Assembly: GCA_965199955.1 (NCBI GenBank)
Contig: CBDATQ010000002.1
Coordinates: 1,312,001-1,376,000, forward strand
DNA: 64,000 nucleotides
Direction of reading: 5' to 3'
Origin: Spirochaetia bacterium
GTDB taxonomy: Bacteria > Spirochaetota > Spirochaetia > SZUA-6 > Bin103
The notes under the pieces were generated by a model that was given only the letters and a program-made list of their open reading frames with translations, had not been told where the DNA came from and did not search any database. A program made the position numbers and the translations under genes. Shown here in pieces: positions 18,693 through 29,381 of the stretch. How positions within the stretch are numbered: the stretch's first letter is position 1; each line of letters begins with the position of its first letter.

Positions 18693-20630
18693 ATGAGGAA
18701 GATGACTGCCGTCGCCCTGGCGCTGACCCTGGTCCTGGTTGCGGCCGCGGACCAGGCCACCGGCCAGACGGAAGCAGGGGCCGCTCCCGTGCGCAGCGGC
18801 CAGTACGGAGAGGCGCCGATGCTGGCCGCCCTGGTCGCCTCAGGAGAGTTGCCCCCGGTCGAGGAGCGCCTGCCCGAGACGCCGCGCGTGCTGGAGGTCG
18901 CCGAGATCGGCACCTACGGCGGGGCGCTGCAGCAGGTCCGCAACCTGGATGCGTCCGACTGGCTGGCCTGGGTCATGACCAAGGAGCCGCTCACGATCGT
19001 CTCACCGGATCTGTTGACCACGCTGCCGAACGTCGCCAGCGAGTTCAGCGTGTCGGAGGACGGCACCACCATCACCTTCACGCTGCGGCCCGGCATGCGC
19101 TGGAGCGACGGCGCGCCGTTCGGGGTCGACGACCTCATGTTCTGGTACGAGGACCTGATCAGCAACAAGGAGCTGACTCCGGAGCCGATCAGCTACTTCA
19201 CCCGCAACAACGAGCTGCTGGTCGTCAGCAAGGTGGACGACAACACGGTGACGTTCACGTTCAGCCTGCCCAACAGCCCGTTCGTGGACATGATCGGGAC
19301 GTGGTGGATGTACTTCGTGCCGCAGTACGCGCCGAAGCACTACATGAGCCAGTTCCACCCGACCTACACCGACCGAGAGAAGCTGAACGACCTGGTGAAG
19401 TCGGAGGGATTCGCGAGCTGGCCTGAGCTCTATCACAGCAAGGACTGCGTCGGGCATCCGTCACAGGGCGTCCATGACCCGGCCTGCCCCTCGCTGGGTC
19501 CCTGGCAGTTCCAGGATCCGAAGACCGCGCCGGTGCAGACGGCGGTGCGCAACCCGTACTACTGGAAGGTCGATCCCGAGGGCAATCAGCTTCCCTACAT
19601 CGACCGCGTCGAGCGCCCGCTGATCTCCGACACGGAGGCGTGGCTGCTCAAGGTGGTCGCAGGCGAAGAGGACGTGGTCCTGGGCTCGTTCCTGGATCCC
19701 GGCAAGAACTTCACCTTCCTGAAGCAGAACGAAGCGCGCGGCGGCTACACGGTCAAGACGTTCACCTGGTGGCGCAACCACTCCACGCTGTACTTCAATC
19801 ACACCACGGCTGACGAGGTAAAATCCGCGCTCTACGCCAACAAGGAATTCCGCATTGCGCTGTCGCACGCGATCAACCGGGACGAGATCAACGGCCTGCT
19901 GTTCGGCGGGCGGCACACTCCCAGCCAGCTCTCCCCGAACTCCGGTCCGCCCTTCCACGGCGAGCGCGACATGTTCAAGCAGTTCATCGAATATGACCCG
20001 GACAAGGCCAACGCGATGTTGGACGAGATCGGCCTCACGGCCCGCGACCGCGACGGCTTCCGCCTCCGCCCCGACGGCAGCGCACTGCAGTTCATTCTGT
20101 ACCACCCGTCGTGGCCGCCGGAGAATCCCGAGCTCGGCGAGCTCATCCGGGGCTATTGGGCGGAGGTCGGCATCAACCTGGCGGTCAAGGCGCTGGACGG
20201 AGCGGCCTATACCGCGATCAACGATGCGGACGAGGCGGACATGCGCCTGCGCGTCGGCTACTACGTCGGCCCGCCGATGGTGCCGATCATGAGCCCCAAC
20301 CTGTTCGCCACCAACTTCGAGACCGAGCCCGAGTGGTCGAGCTGGCTCAACACCGAAGGGGCGTCGGGAGTCGAGCCGCCGGACGACGTGAAGCGGCTGC
20401 GGGAGATCCAGAACGAGATCTACGCGGAGCCGGATCCGCAGAAGCAACTCGTCCTGTACGACGAGGCGTTCACGATCCACACCGACAACCTCTGGCAGTT
20501 GGGCATCCTGGAGTGGGACGCGGAGACGTCGTTCAGCTACATCCAGAACAACCGGATCGGCAACGTGCCCGAGCCGATGCCGGGCGAGATCATCCCCTCG
20601 CAGCGGAGCTCCTGGTTCATAAAGGAGTAG
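18693..20630 (+). CDS. ABC substrate-binding protein, family 5
   Basis: AAGGAG RBS, signal peptide, EAPMLA..V.SGELPPVEERLP, RWSDGAPF, RNPYYWKVD..GNQLPYID. Confidence 0.93.
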   Translation: MRKMTAVALALTLVLVAAADQATGQTEAGAAPVRSGQYGEAPMLAALVASGELPPVEERLPETPRVLEVAEIGTYGGALQQVRNLDASDWLAWVMTKEPLTIVSPDLLTTLPNVASEFSVSEDGTTITFTLRPGMRWSDGAPFGVDDLMFWYEDLISNKELTPEPISYFTRNNELLVVSKVDDNTVTFTFSLPNSPFVDMIGTWWMYFVPQYAPKHYMSQFHPTYTDREKLNDLVKSEGFASWPELYHSKDCVGHPSQGVHDPACPSLGPWQFQDPKTAPVQTAVRNPYYWKVDPEGNQLPYIDRVERPLISDTEAWLLKVVAGEEDVVLGSFLDPGKNFTFLKQNEARGGYTVKTFTWWRNHSTLYFNHTTADEVKSALYANKEFRIALSHAINRDEINGLLFGGRHTPSQLSPNSGPPFHGERDMFKQFIEYDPDKANAMLDEIGLTARDRDGFRLRPDGSALQFILYHPSWPPENPELGELIRGYWAEVGINLAVKALDGAAYTAINDADEADMRLRVGYYVGPPMVPIMSPNLFATNFETEPEWSSWLNTEGASGVEPPDDVKRLREIQNEIYAEPDPQKQLVLYDEAFTIHTDNLWQLGILEWDAETSFSYIQNNRIGNVPEPMPGEIIPSQRSSWFIKE

Positions 20631-20641
20631 AGCCCAACCGT

Positions 20642-20776
20642 GGCCCAGTCCCTCCTTTGGCTCGGATCGCATCGGTTCCCGATGCGGCCCGAGCCGGGAT
20701 ACGGGTTGACCCGGCGCCTTCGGCGCCGCGTTCGAAACATCGAGGGAGGTTGCCGACACCGGCGGTGCCTCCCTCG
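20642..20776 (+). repeat. Dispersed structured repeat, copy C, plus two further hairpins (possible terminator or mRNA stabiliser)
   Basis: ggcccagtccctccttt then ggctcgg..gcatcgg/ccgatgc..ccgagcc; cggcgcc/ggcgccg; cgagggagg/cctccctcg. Confidence 0.6.
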
Positions 20777-20829
20777 TTCCCTGGTTTCGCGCTGGCGATG
20801 TCATCTTTTTGGAATGAGGAGATACTCGG

Positions 20830-21394
20830 ATGGACGCAAACGAACTGAGACGTTGGCTTTGGAGTCCGGACGGAAGGCAAGGCCCTCTTGTGTTCGAGGC
20901 GAAGGTGCCAATTCCTTTTTTGGATAGCGGTTTGGCAAACCGCCTTGTGCAATTGAATTTGCATGGTCGCCAGATCCTAACCCTTCATGAATCTCAGGAG
21001 ATGGTTTGCATCGATGGTGTGAATCCGGGTTCGGTTGTTTCGCATGGGAAAACGATCGAAGATGCACAGAATCGTTTTGGCGAAGAAGTTTCTTGGATTT
21101 TTGTCTGACATAGCGAGTTCTTGTGACAATTCACCGGATGCCTATATAAAAGAGGTTTCCGACTTCATGGAGCAGACAGATAATTCTCTTGCAGACACGT
21201 GGATGAAGCTTACGGAAGCTCTGTTGCTAGGGCAAGATCGCGAACAAGCACAGGATCAAGCTCGCGAACAGAATCAGGTTCTTCGCGAACAGGATTCCGG
21301 TTACGATAACGTCGTTGATCTCATGGATTGGCTCAAGAAAAACCAGCCGCAACCAGTCGTGGGTGCGAAAGGAGCGAGGTCGGCGAGCGGTTGA
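20830..21394 (+). pseudogene. AT-richer hypothetical gene with HicB-like segment, split by a frameshift near 21090
   Basis: GVNPGSVVSHGKTIEDAQNRF continues as LGFLSDIAS in the overlapping ORF. Confidence 0.5.
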
Positions 21395-21617
21395 CATACG
21401 AGATGTGAGATTTATTCCAGTTGTGTCCGTAAGCTAGCTGACGCTCTCGGTATAAGGGAATGCGCCGAGAGTGTCTTGAATCCGCTCTCTTTGCGGTCAT
21501 AACCCCCGTTCCTGCACTCCTGCCTCTTCAAGCAGGGAGGCATCCATGCTGACGGGGACTTCGTTGCCGGATACGAGGCGTGCCGGGCGGAGCTGTCTGA
21601 GCACGGTCGGGTTCGGC

Positions 21618-21769
21618 GCGCCCGTGCGCAACGCCCAGTACGGGGAGGCGCCGATGCTGGCCGCCCTGGTTGCCTCAGGAGAGCTGCCCCCGATCGAGGA
21701 ACGCCTGCCCGAGACCCGGCATGCGCTGGAGCGACGGCGCGCCGTTCGGGGTCGACGACCTCATGTTCT
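21618..21769 (+). pseudogene. Internally deleted fragment of a paralog of the substrate-binding gene
   Basis: Near-identical to 18783-18880 joined to 19090-19143. Confidence 0.9.
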
Positions 21770-21814
21770 CGGCCTTACCGCCCGAATGAGTCCTCCGGCT
21801 GCCGCGCCGGCGTG

Positions 21815-22125
21815 CTACTCCTGCTCGGGGTCGATGCCCGACCGGCGCAGCAGGGCCGCCAGGCGTTCGGCGCGCCGCTGCTCGTCCGCCAGCAACTGTT
21901 CCGCGTGCTCGGCACGCCGGTGTTCCTCGTCGGCACGCTCCCGGCCCGTCGGGATCAACGCGCCGTGCTCGTCCGTCCAGCGCAGCCACCGGTGGCGGAC
22001 CGCCTCGAACACGCCGTCCCACAGCGTCAGCCCCAACCGCAGCTCGGGAACCACGGAGACGCCAGCCGCTCGTAGCTGCCGCCGCTCAGCCAGTAGGTGC
22101 GCAGGTCGTCGTCCATCACCTGATG
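21815..22125 (-). pseudogene. Uma2-family endonuclease C-terminal remnant
   Basis: LGLTLWDGVFE...WLRWTDEHGALIPTG.ERA...RAERLAALLR..GIDP. Confidence 0.8.
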
Positions 22126-22284
22126 CAGAGGATCGTGGATCACCATAGATTGTGCCGGACGGCGGACCGGAGCGGTTTCCGCTCGATGCGCCGGTTGGAG
22201 GTGAGTCGTGGATAATGGCGCCGTTCTACAGCAAGCCGGTTCGCGGCCTGCACCTGCAGGGACGCGGCGTCCGGGGCAAGCGGC

Positions 22285-22735
22285 GTGAACCGCGACGATG
22301 CCTTCGAGCGCTGTCTTGAGGCGTTGTACGAGGCCGCCCTCGACGACACCCACTGGCCCGCCGCTACCACCCTGATCGAGGAGGCCGTCGGCATCGACGG
22401 GAACCTCGTGGGCGTCAGCGAAGGGTCTGGCGAGGACCTGCGTGTCCTGTTCACCCGCTGGCTTCGCCGCGGCGAGGACCGTCAGGAACAAGCGCGCGAG
22501 TATTTCGACGTCTACTACCCGCACGACGAAGCGGTGCCCCGCATGGCGCGGCTTCCCCACGGCCGGCTGGTCCCTCTCCGAGACCTCTATTCCGAGGACG
22601 AGCGGAAGGCGTCGCAGGTCTACAACGAGGCCCCGTCTTGGCAGCCAGAACAGCTTGTACACGCGCTTCGACGGGCCGGGCGGTCTTAGCATCGGCTGTA
22701 GCGTCGGCGACCCGGTGGGTAGCGGCGGCTGGCAG
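22285..22735 (+). pseudogene. N-terminal remnant of a LuxR-type sensor/regulator
   Basis: LYEAALDDTHWPAATTLIEEAVG, EYFDVYYPHDE; frameshift near 22635; no HTH. Confidence 0.65.
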
Positions 22736-23365
22736 CTCGGGCTGGAAGGCGGCTACCGCTTCGCGCTGGCGGGCGGCGGCACGCTTGCGCCGACGTTCGA
22801 GATCGGCGTGCGCCACGACGGCGGCCACGCCGAGACCGGCTACGGGATGGACGTCGGCGGCGGGCTCGCGTGGTCGGACCCGGCGCTCGGGCTCTCGGCG
22901 CAGGTCTCGGCGCGTGGGCTGCTGACGCGCGAGCTCGACGGCTTCCGGGACGTGGGCTTCTCCGGGGCGCTGGCCTGGGATCCCGATCCGTCCTCCGACC
23001 GGGGGCCGTCGCTGACGGTCACGCAGACGCTGGGGGCCTCGGCCACCGGCGGCATGCGCGCGCTGCTCGGGCGAGCGACCCTGGTCGGTCTGCCGGCCGC
23101 GGACGACCCGCTGCAGCGCCGCCGCCTGGCCGTGCGCGCGGACTACGGCCTCGGGGCGGCCGGCGACCGGTTCACGGCCACGCCGGAGGTGGGTCTGACG
23201 CTGGAGCCGCAGCGGCGGGAGTATCGCCTGGGCTGGCGTCTGGCCGTCGCCGACGCCGGCCCGGCGTCGTTCGAGATCGCCCTGGAGCGCACGCGCAGTG
23301 GGCACGTCAACCACGCCGCCGCCCCCGAGCACGCCATCGGCATCCGCGTCACCGCGCGCTGGTAA
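22736..23365 (+). pseudogene. C-terminal beta-barrel remnant of an autotransporter-like protein
   Basis: LGLEG..., PTFEIGVRHDGGHAETGYG, terminal aromatic ..VTARW. Confidence 0.75.
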
Positions 23366-23384
23366 CCGGGAGGAAGGTGCGCGC

Positions 23385-24764
23385 ATGGTGAAACAGCGGC
23401 CGATCGTCATCCTGCACGGCTGGAACTCCACCTCGGCCAGCTTCGAGCGGCTGGCGAGCCTCGTGCGCGCGGAGCTGCACCGCGACGTGTCGATCATCTC
23501 GCTGGCCGACTACCTCAGCCTGGAGGACGAGGTCCGCTTCGACGACCTCACGACGGCCATGCACGCCGCTTGGTACAGACACGAGCTGCCCAACCGCACG
23601 GGCGCCGTGGACGCCATCGTCCACAGCACCGGCGCTCTGGTGATACGCGATTGGCTGCAGCGTCACTACGACCCGGACCGGGCGCCCGTCAAGCACCTGG
23701 TCATGCTCGCACCGGCCAACTTCGGCTCGCCGTTGGCGCACAAGGGCCGGTCGTTCATCGCCCGCGGCACCCTGGGCTTCATCCGCAAGCGCGAGGGCCG
23801 TCCCTTCGAGACCGGCACCCGGATTCTCAACGGACCGGAGCTCGCCAGTCCCCACACGTGGCGCTTGGCCGAGCGCGACCGCTTCGGCGAGGGCGGCACC
23901 AGGTATCAGCCCGGCAACGTGCTGTGCACCGTGCTGGTCGGCAACACCGGCTACCGCGGCATTCGCTCGATCGTCAACGAGGACGGTTCGGACGGCACGG
24001 TGCGCGTCTCGACCGCCAACTTGAACTGCGTGCGCATCAGGGCGCAGTTCCCGGCGAACCCGGCGATCGTGGGCCACGACGTCACCTACGAGCTGGAACC
24101 CTCCTCCGGCTCCACCGCGTTCGGCGTCATGGACGGCCACACGCATGGCTCGATCACGCTCGCTCCCGGTCCCGACGACGCTCCGACAAAGGCGTTGCGC
24201 AGGCGCGACCGCGATCTGCTATCGCACGTGGTCGAAGGCTTGACCGTCACCGATGACGGGTTCGGAGAGTGGTGCGACCGGCTGGCCGCCGCCAACGCCG
24301 GGCTGTTGCCCCGGACCGTCACCCGCGGAGGCCGCACGCACGGCTTTCAGAACACCGTCGTTCGCGTGCAGGACCAATACGGCGCCGGCGTCGACGACTA
24401 CCTGCTGGAGTTCTACGAGAAGGACGACGACAGGGTCGCCGAGCTGTTTCACACCTCGGCGATACGGAGCGTCCACAAGTACTCCGGTGACACCTCCTAC
24501 CGGAGCATCTACGTCGATTGCACCCGCCTGCGCAATGCCATCGACCAGGTGGGCGAGTGGCTGAGCCTGCGCCTCACCGCCTATCCCGAGCTCGACGACC
24601 GCACCCCCGTCGGCTTCACTACCATCGCCGACGACGGCATCGGCGGCGTCCGCATCAGGGCCGCGGACATCGCCACCTTCTTCCAGCCCCACCGCACGGC
24701 ACTGGTGACCCTGCAACTCACCCGCCAGCAAGCCGAAGAGACTTTCCGCTTCCATAATCGGTGA
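23385..24764 (+). CDS. Alpha/beta-hydrolase (lipase/esterase-like)
   Basis: VILHGW, VHSTG nucleophile elbow, LAPANFGS, SDGTV, HTH(G)S. Confidence 0.85.
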   Translation: MVKQRPIVILHGWNSTSASFERLASLVRAELHRDVSIISLADYLSLEDEVRFDDLTTAMHAAWYRHELPNRTGAVDAIVHSTGALVIRDWLQRHYDPDRAPVKHLVMLAPANFGSPLAHKGRSFIARGTLGFIRKREGRPFETGTRILNGPELASPHTWRLAERDRFGEGGTRYQPGNVLCTVLVGNTGYRGIRSIVNEDGSDGTVRVSTANLNCVRIRAQFPANPAIVGHDVTYELEPSSGSTAFGVMDGHTHGSITLAPGPDDAPTKALRRRDRDLLSHVVEGLTVTDDGFGEWCDRLAAANAGLLPRTVTRGGRTHGFQNTVVRVQDQYGAGVDDYLLEFYEKDDDRVAELFHTSAIRSVHKYSGDTSYRSIYVDCTRLRNAIDQVGEWLSLRLTAYPELDDRTPVGFTTIADDGIGGVRIRAADIATFFQPHRTALVTLQLTRQQAEETFRFHNR

Positions 24765-24795
24765 AGGCCCGTAACGGTCACTGCCCGATTTCGGA

Positions 24796-25370
24796 CTACC
24801 GCTGGAGGTCGAAACGGTCCAGGGTCATCACCTTTGCCCATGCCTCGATGAAGTCCTCAAGGAACGCGTCCTGCCCGTCGTTTGCCGCGTAGTGCTCCGC
24901 GACCGCGCGCAGCTCGGAGTTGGAGCCGAAGATCAGATCGACCGGAGTGGCTGTCCACTTCAGGTGCCCCGTCACGCGGTCGCGGCCCTCGTAGACCCCC
25001 TCGGTGGACGACTCGGACCACTGCGTGGACATGTCGATCAGGTTGACGAAGAAGTCGTTGCTCAGCGTCCCGGGACGGTCCGTGAACCCGCCGTGAGGCG
25101 AGCCCCCGGCATTGCCGCCCATGGCGCGCATGCCGCCGACGAGCACGGTCATCTCCGGGATCGTCAGGTTCAGGAAGGCCGCCTGGGGTGCCAATGCGAA
25201 AGCGTCTTCGAACTCGTCCGGATCGTCGAGCCAGCGCAGCGTGATCTCGCGGTATGCGGGGTCATCCTTCAGTGCGAGGTCGGTGGTGAGCATCATGGGC
25301 GCATGCCGTACGGACGGATCGTGGGCGTCCGGCACCAGGTCCGACGACGCCCCGGCCGCCCGTTTGAGCC
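24796..25370 (-). pseudogene. katG: Catalase-peroxidase remnant with large internal deletion
   Basis: [23 protein letters not shown] joined to [45 protein letters not shown]. Confidence 0.92.
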
Positions 25371-25385
25371 GCGCGGGCACGGGAC

Positions 25386-26510
25386 TCACCCGGTCGCAGG
25401 CCCTTCGTTTCTCCACCAGCGAAGCTCGTTGCTGCCGCGCTCGGCGCAGGCGGCCACGTCCAGCCGTCCATCGCCATCCAGGTCGGCCACGATGATCATG
25501 TTGGCGTGGGCCCAGCGGTCCTTGAGGATCTGCATGTCCCAAGGCCCTCCGGGGTCGCCCCGGTGCTTGAAGAGCGCAACGCGCCCGGGTTCTCCCCAGG
25601 CGGTGGCCACCACCTCGACCTGGCCGTCGCCGTCGAGGTCCGCGGCTGTCGCCTCGAAGGCCCCGGGGAAGTGCTCGGCTATGACGTGCCTGGGCCACGG
25701 GCCGATGCCCGGGCTGCCGTCGTTCTCGTACCACACGATCTGCTGGGTGCCCGCCGGGGCCTCGCGCCCGGGATGATCGAAACCGAGGGCCATCACCAGG
25801 TCGACGTCCCCGTCGCCGTCCATGTCGACGGGGTGACCGTGGATGGGCCTGGGCGCGGTGTCGATGACGTGCTTCGTCCAGGGCGAGTCGGGGAAGGTGC
25901 CGGGGTTCCGGTACCAGGCTACCTCGCCGCGGTTTGACGCCGTGCCCACCAGGTCGACGAGTCCGTTGCCGTCGACGTCGGCGGCGCACACGGCGCGGGC
26001 CTCCGGCGCGTCGTCGTCGATCAGGTGCTTGACCCAGACACCGCCGCGGTTCTCGAACCAGGCGAGCTGGTTGCTGATGCGCCATCCGGAGGCGGCCACG
26101 TCCAGGTCGCCGTCGCCGTCGAGATCAGCAATGGCCACGTCGTAGGCGCCGGGGATGCCGCCCTCCGTGAGGTAGCCGTGGCGCCACGAGTCGGGGTCCC
26201 GTGGGTCGCCGTCGAAGCCGAACGACAGCAGGCAGCCGTTGAGGTTGTCGACGCACACGATCTCCGGCTTACCGTCGCCGTCGACGTCGGCGACGGCGTG
26301 CCGCTCCAGCAACTCGTTGGTCCGCAGGTGGACGACGTGCCGGGTGAAGGTGCCGGCGCCGTCGTTCTCGAACCAATAGAGGCCCCGGTCGGCGTCGGTG
26401 GCGACCAGGTCCAGGCTGCCGCTGCCGGTCAGGTCGGCGGCGGAGAGCGCGAAGGCGTATCTGAACTCCGCCGAAACGAGCCGCTCGGTGAATCTGACGA
26501 TCTCGGCCAC
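25386..26510 (-). CDS. FG-GAP/VCBS repeat protein
   Basis: Seven DxDGDGxxD-type repeats, most followed by W(F/Y)xN. Confidence 0.9.
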   Translation of the reverse strand: MAEIVRFTERLVSAEFRYAFALSAADLTGSGSLDLVATDADRGLYWFENDGAGTFTRHVVHLRTNELLERHAVADVDGDGKPEIVCVDNLNGCLLSFGFDGDPRDPDSWRHGYLTEGGIPGAYDVAIADLDGDGDLDVAASGWRISNQLAWFENRGGVWVKHLIDDDAPEARAVCAADVDGNGLVDLVGTASNRGEVAWYRNPGTFPDSPWTKHVIDTAPRPIHGHPVDMDGDGDVDLVMALGFDHPGREAPAGTQQIVWYENDGSPGIGPWPRHVIAEHFPGAFEATAADLDGDGQVEVVATAWGEPGRVALFKHRGDPGGPWDMQILKDRWAHANMIIVADLDGDGRLDVAACAERGSNELRWWRNEGPATG

Positions 26511-26520
26511 CGCGCTTCGC

Positions 26521-26952
26521 CTACGGCCGCATGTAACGGTTGTTGCCCCGGGCGAAGTAGCGTTTCATGGGCTCGAAGTAGCGCTCGGACCAGCCCTCCA
26601 TGCACGCGTCACCCTGTCCGTCGGGCACGTTGGAGTGCCTGATGGTGGCGGTGATGCCGGCACGCTGGTCTCTCGTGCGGACGAGCTCGACCTCCAGGCG
26701 GGAATCGGGGGCGCCCTCGGGAAACCGGGAAGAGCGCCATGACTGAACGATACGGCGGTACGGCGCAAGCTCCAGGTTGACCCCGGTGATGGAGCCGTCC
26801 CAGGCGGTGAACGAGGCGCCCGGCTCGGCCGAAACCTCGGCTTTCCCGCCCGTCATGTTCGTGTGCTCCTCGCTGTCCAGCCAAGCTTCGTAGATGCGCT
26901 TCGGGGTGGCCAGTATGACGTCTGCCGTCTCGAAGGACTCGGGCACTGCCAT
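26521..26952 (-). CDS. SRPBCC/AHSA1-like domain protein
   Basis: IYEAWLDSEEH, FTAWDG.I.G.NLEL, RIVQSWR, GW.ERYF.PMK; GGAGG RBS. Confidence 0.88.
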   Translation of the reverse strand: MAVPESFETADVILATPKRIYEAWLDSEEHTNMTGGKAEVSAEPGASFTAWDGSITGVNLELAPYRRIVQSWRSSRFPEGAPDSRLEVELVRTRDQRAGITATIRHSNVPDGQGDACMEGWSERYFEPMKRYFARGNNRYMRP

Positions 26953-26962
26953 CCTCCCGGCG

Positions 26963-27535
26963 CTAGTATAGTGGCCGCTGCTGGAAGGCGACCAGGTCCG
27001 CGTACGCACCTCCCGTGGCGAGCAGGGAGTCATGCGGGCTGGCCTCCACGGTGCGCCCCTTCTTCAGGACGACGATGCGGTCGGCGCTGCGGATGGTGGA
27101 CAGCCGGTGCGCGATGACGAGTGAGGTACGGCCATGGCGGACGCGGGCCATCGCCTCCCGGAGCAGAAGCTCGTTCTCGGCATCCAGGTTGGAGACGGCC
27201 TCGTCCATCACCAGGATGGGGGCGTCCTTGAGGATCGCCCGCGCGATGGCGATACGCTGCCGCTGGCCCCCGGACATCCGGACCCCGCGCTCACCGGCGC
27301 TGGTCTCGTACCCCCCGGGCATCCGCATGATGAAGTCATGCGCCAGCGCGGCCCGCGCGGCCTCTTCCACCTCCAGGGCATCCGGGCGCACCAGGCGGAT
27401 GTTCTCGCGGATGGTCATGTTGAACAGGTAGACGTCCTGCGGCACCCAGGCGATGAGCTCGCGCAGGGCGTTCTGTGGGACGCCCGGACGTCATGCCCGC
27501 CGATCGTGATGGCGCCCTCCGTGATGGGGCTGACC
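26963..27535 (-). pseudogene. ABC exporter ATPase C-terminal fragment
   Basis: VPQDVYLFN, MSGGQRQR, DEAVSNLD, AHRLST; Walker A and TMD missing. Confidence 0.85.
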
Positions 27536-27572
27536 TGGCGAGACCGGCGGTGTTCTCCGTGGCGCGATGCCG

Positions 27573-29348
27573 TTATGCCGGCGTCACGTAGCGGCAGTCC
27601 CAGTCGCCGAGCATCTCCAGGTCGATCACCGGCGCCTCCAGGGACGGCTCCCCGGCGCGCTGCCAGGCCGCGATCTCTTCGAGGTGACCGAGGTCTCGGG
27701 CCGCGGTCCAGGCCGGGCCGTAGTGGATCAGCGGCTCCACCATCCCGTTCCAGAAGAACAGCGCGTCCGCGCCCTGCGCGGCCAGACCGGCGGCGGTGCG
27801 GCGGAGCACCGCGGGATCCATGCCCCCGTGGTCGATGCAGGGGGCCAGCCGGCAGCCGCTCCCCGAGGTAAGACGGGCGTACGGCGCCAGCGCGCGCGGG
27901 TCGCGCCAGGGGTGGGCGGTCATGTTGAGCTCCGGCAGGTCCGTGAACGGGACCACGGTGTCCACCAGGCCGGCGGCCAGCCACGCGGCCGGGTCCAGGC
28001 CGTTGGCCAGGTTCTCGGCCTCGCCGCTCATGACGATGGCCGTGATAGGCAGGTCCAGCGCCGCGCGTAGCTCGCGCAGGAAGCCGGTGAGCACACCCGC
28101 CCGGTAGCGCAGCCAGGCCGGGTCGTTCGGCGCCAGGTCGCGGGGGTCGGCGCCGTGTTGCTCGCGGAAGCCGTCGATCAGCGGCGGCTCGTACTCCACG
28201 ATCGGGTGGCGGCGGTTGAACAGCAGGCAGATGCCGTCGATCCCGTAAGCGGTCATCTCCCGGAACATCTCCACCACGTGGCCGCGGACCTCCGGGTAGG
28301 AGAACGACAGCACCGGGCTCGTGTTGCCGGCGCGGTCGCGCCCGCGCCACTCCTGGTGGCGGGCGTAGAGGCTGTCGCCGTGATCGTAGTAGTCGTGCGG
28401 CGGCGGGAGGTGAAAGCCGCCCAGCCGGTGGCAGGCGTGGAACTCCAGGCCGAGGTCGTGCGTCTGCTCGGCCGCGACGCGCAGGGGGTCGTTGCTCGCC
28501 GCGCGCCAGCGCCGGTAGCAGGCCGCCTCGTCACGCCCGGACATGTGCAGGAAGTCCTCCCGGCCGGGCGCCTCGGGCGTGCGGTAGCGCGTCTGGAAGT
28601 AGTAGGCCAGGTCGCCCATCGCCCCTTCCCAGTAGATGCGCGTGAAGTCCGTGTCGGCGTAGCCGATGATGTGACGGCGCAGCTCCTCCGGGGTGCTGGA
28701 ACGGGCCATGACCACGTCGTCATGGCCGTACAGCGGCAGCGCCGGAGCGGCGCGCCCGGCCGTGAAGCGGCGCACCTCGGCCTCGGTGAGCGGCACCAGC
28801 TTCACGTAGGCGACGCTGGCCATGGCGCAGCGGGTATGCTCGGCCCCACCGTAGGTGGTCTCCAGCCAGGTCACTTGTCCGAACTCCAGGTCGGCGCCGT
28901 CCAGCTCGGCCACCTGCCAGAAGCACTCGGACAGCTCCTCGCCGCCGGTGTGCTTGTGCCAGTCGGCGATCGGATCGCGGGGGAACGGCTGCGTCGGCAG
29001 GTGGAGGATGGAGAAGGTGGGATCGCCCGCGAACCGCACCAGCAGTTGCGCGGCGCCGGCGTCGTCGTACAGCCCGAAGTACCAGCACTTCAGGCGCCAC
29101 GCGCCGATCGAGATGGCGTGCCAGCCGCGGACGTTCACCGCCAGCCGCACCGGTGGTGCCTCCGTCTCCTGGCCGGCGACGATCGCCGTGCCGGACAGCG
29201 GCGCGCTGCGATACGGGAGCAGGCGCCAGCGCCCGTGGGCGGAGTCGGGCGAAAGCGCCGACGCCGGGGTGCAACGCTCCATGGCGCTCAGGTAGGTGGG
29301 GCTGCCGCTCAGCCAGCGGTCGCCGTAGAGATCCGCAGAGGCATCCAT
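27573..29348 (-). CDS. Hypothetical protein with GH10-like TIM-barrel C-terminal domain
   Basis: HDLGLEFHA, LSFSYPEVR, YGIDGI.L.FNR, GLDPAAWL..GLVD. Confidence 0.65.
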   Translation of the reverse strand: MDASADLYGDRWLSGSPTYLSAMERCTPASALSPDSAHGRWRLLPYRSAPLSGTAIVAGQETEAPPVRLAVNVRGWHAISIGAWRLKCWYFGLYDDAGAAQLLVRFAGDPTFSILHLPTQPFPRDPIADWHKHTGGEELSECFWQVAELDGADLEFGQVTWLETTYGGAEHTRCAMASVAYVKLVPLTEAEVRRFTAGRAAPALPLYGHDDVVMARSSTPEELRRHIIGYADTDFTRIYWEGAMGDLAYYFQTRYRTPEAPGREDFLHMSGRDEAACYRRWRAASNDPLRVAAEQTHDLGLEFHACHRLGGFHLPPPHDYYDHGDSLYARHQEWRGRDRAGNTSPVLSFSYPEVRGHVVEMFREMTAYGIDGICLLFNRRHPIVEYEPPLIDGFREQHGADPRDLAPNDPAWLRYRAGVLTGFLRELRAALDLPITAIVMSGEAENLANGLDPAAWLAAGLVDTVVPFTDLPELNMTAHPWRDPRALAPYARLTSGSGCRLAPCIDHGGMDPAVLRRTAAGLAAQGADALFFWNGMVEPLIHYGPAWTAARDLGHLEEIAAWQRAGEPSLEAPVIDLEMLGDWDCRYVTPA

Positions 29349-29381
29349 TACACCGAGTCTATCGGCAGCGGGCCAAGGTGG

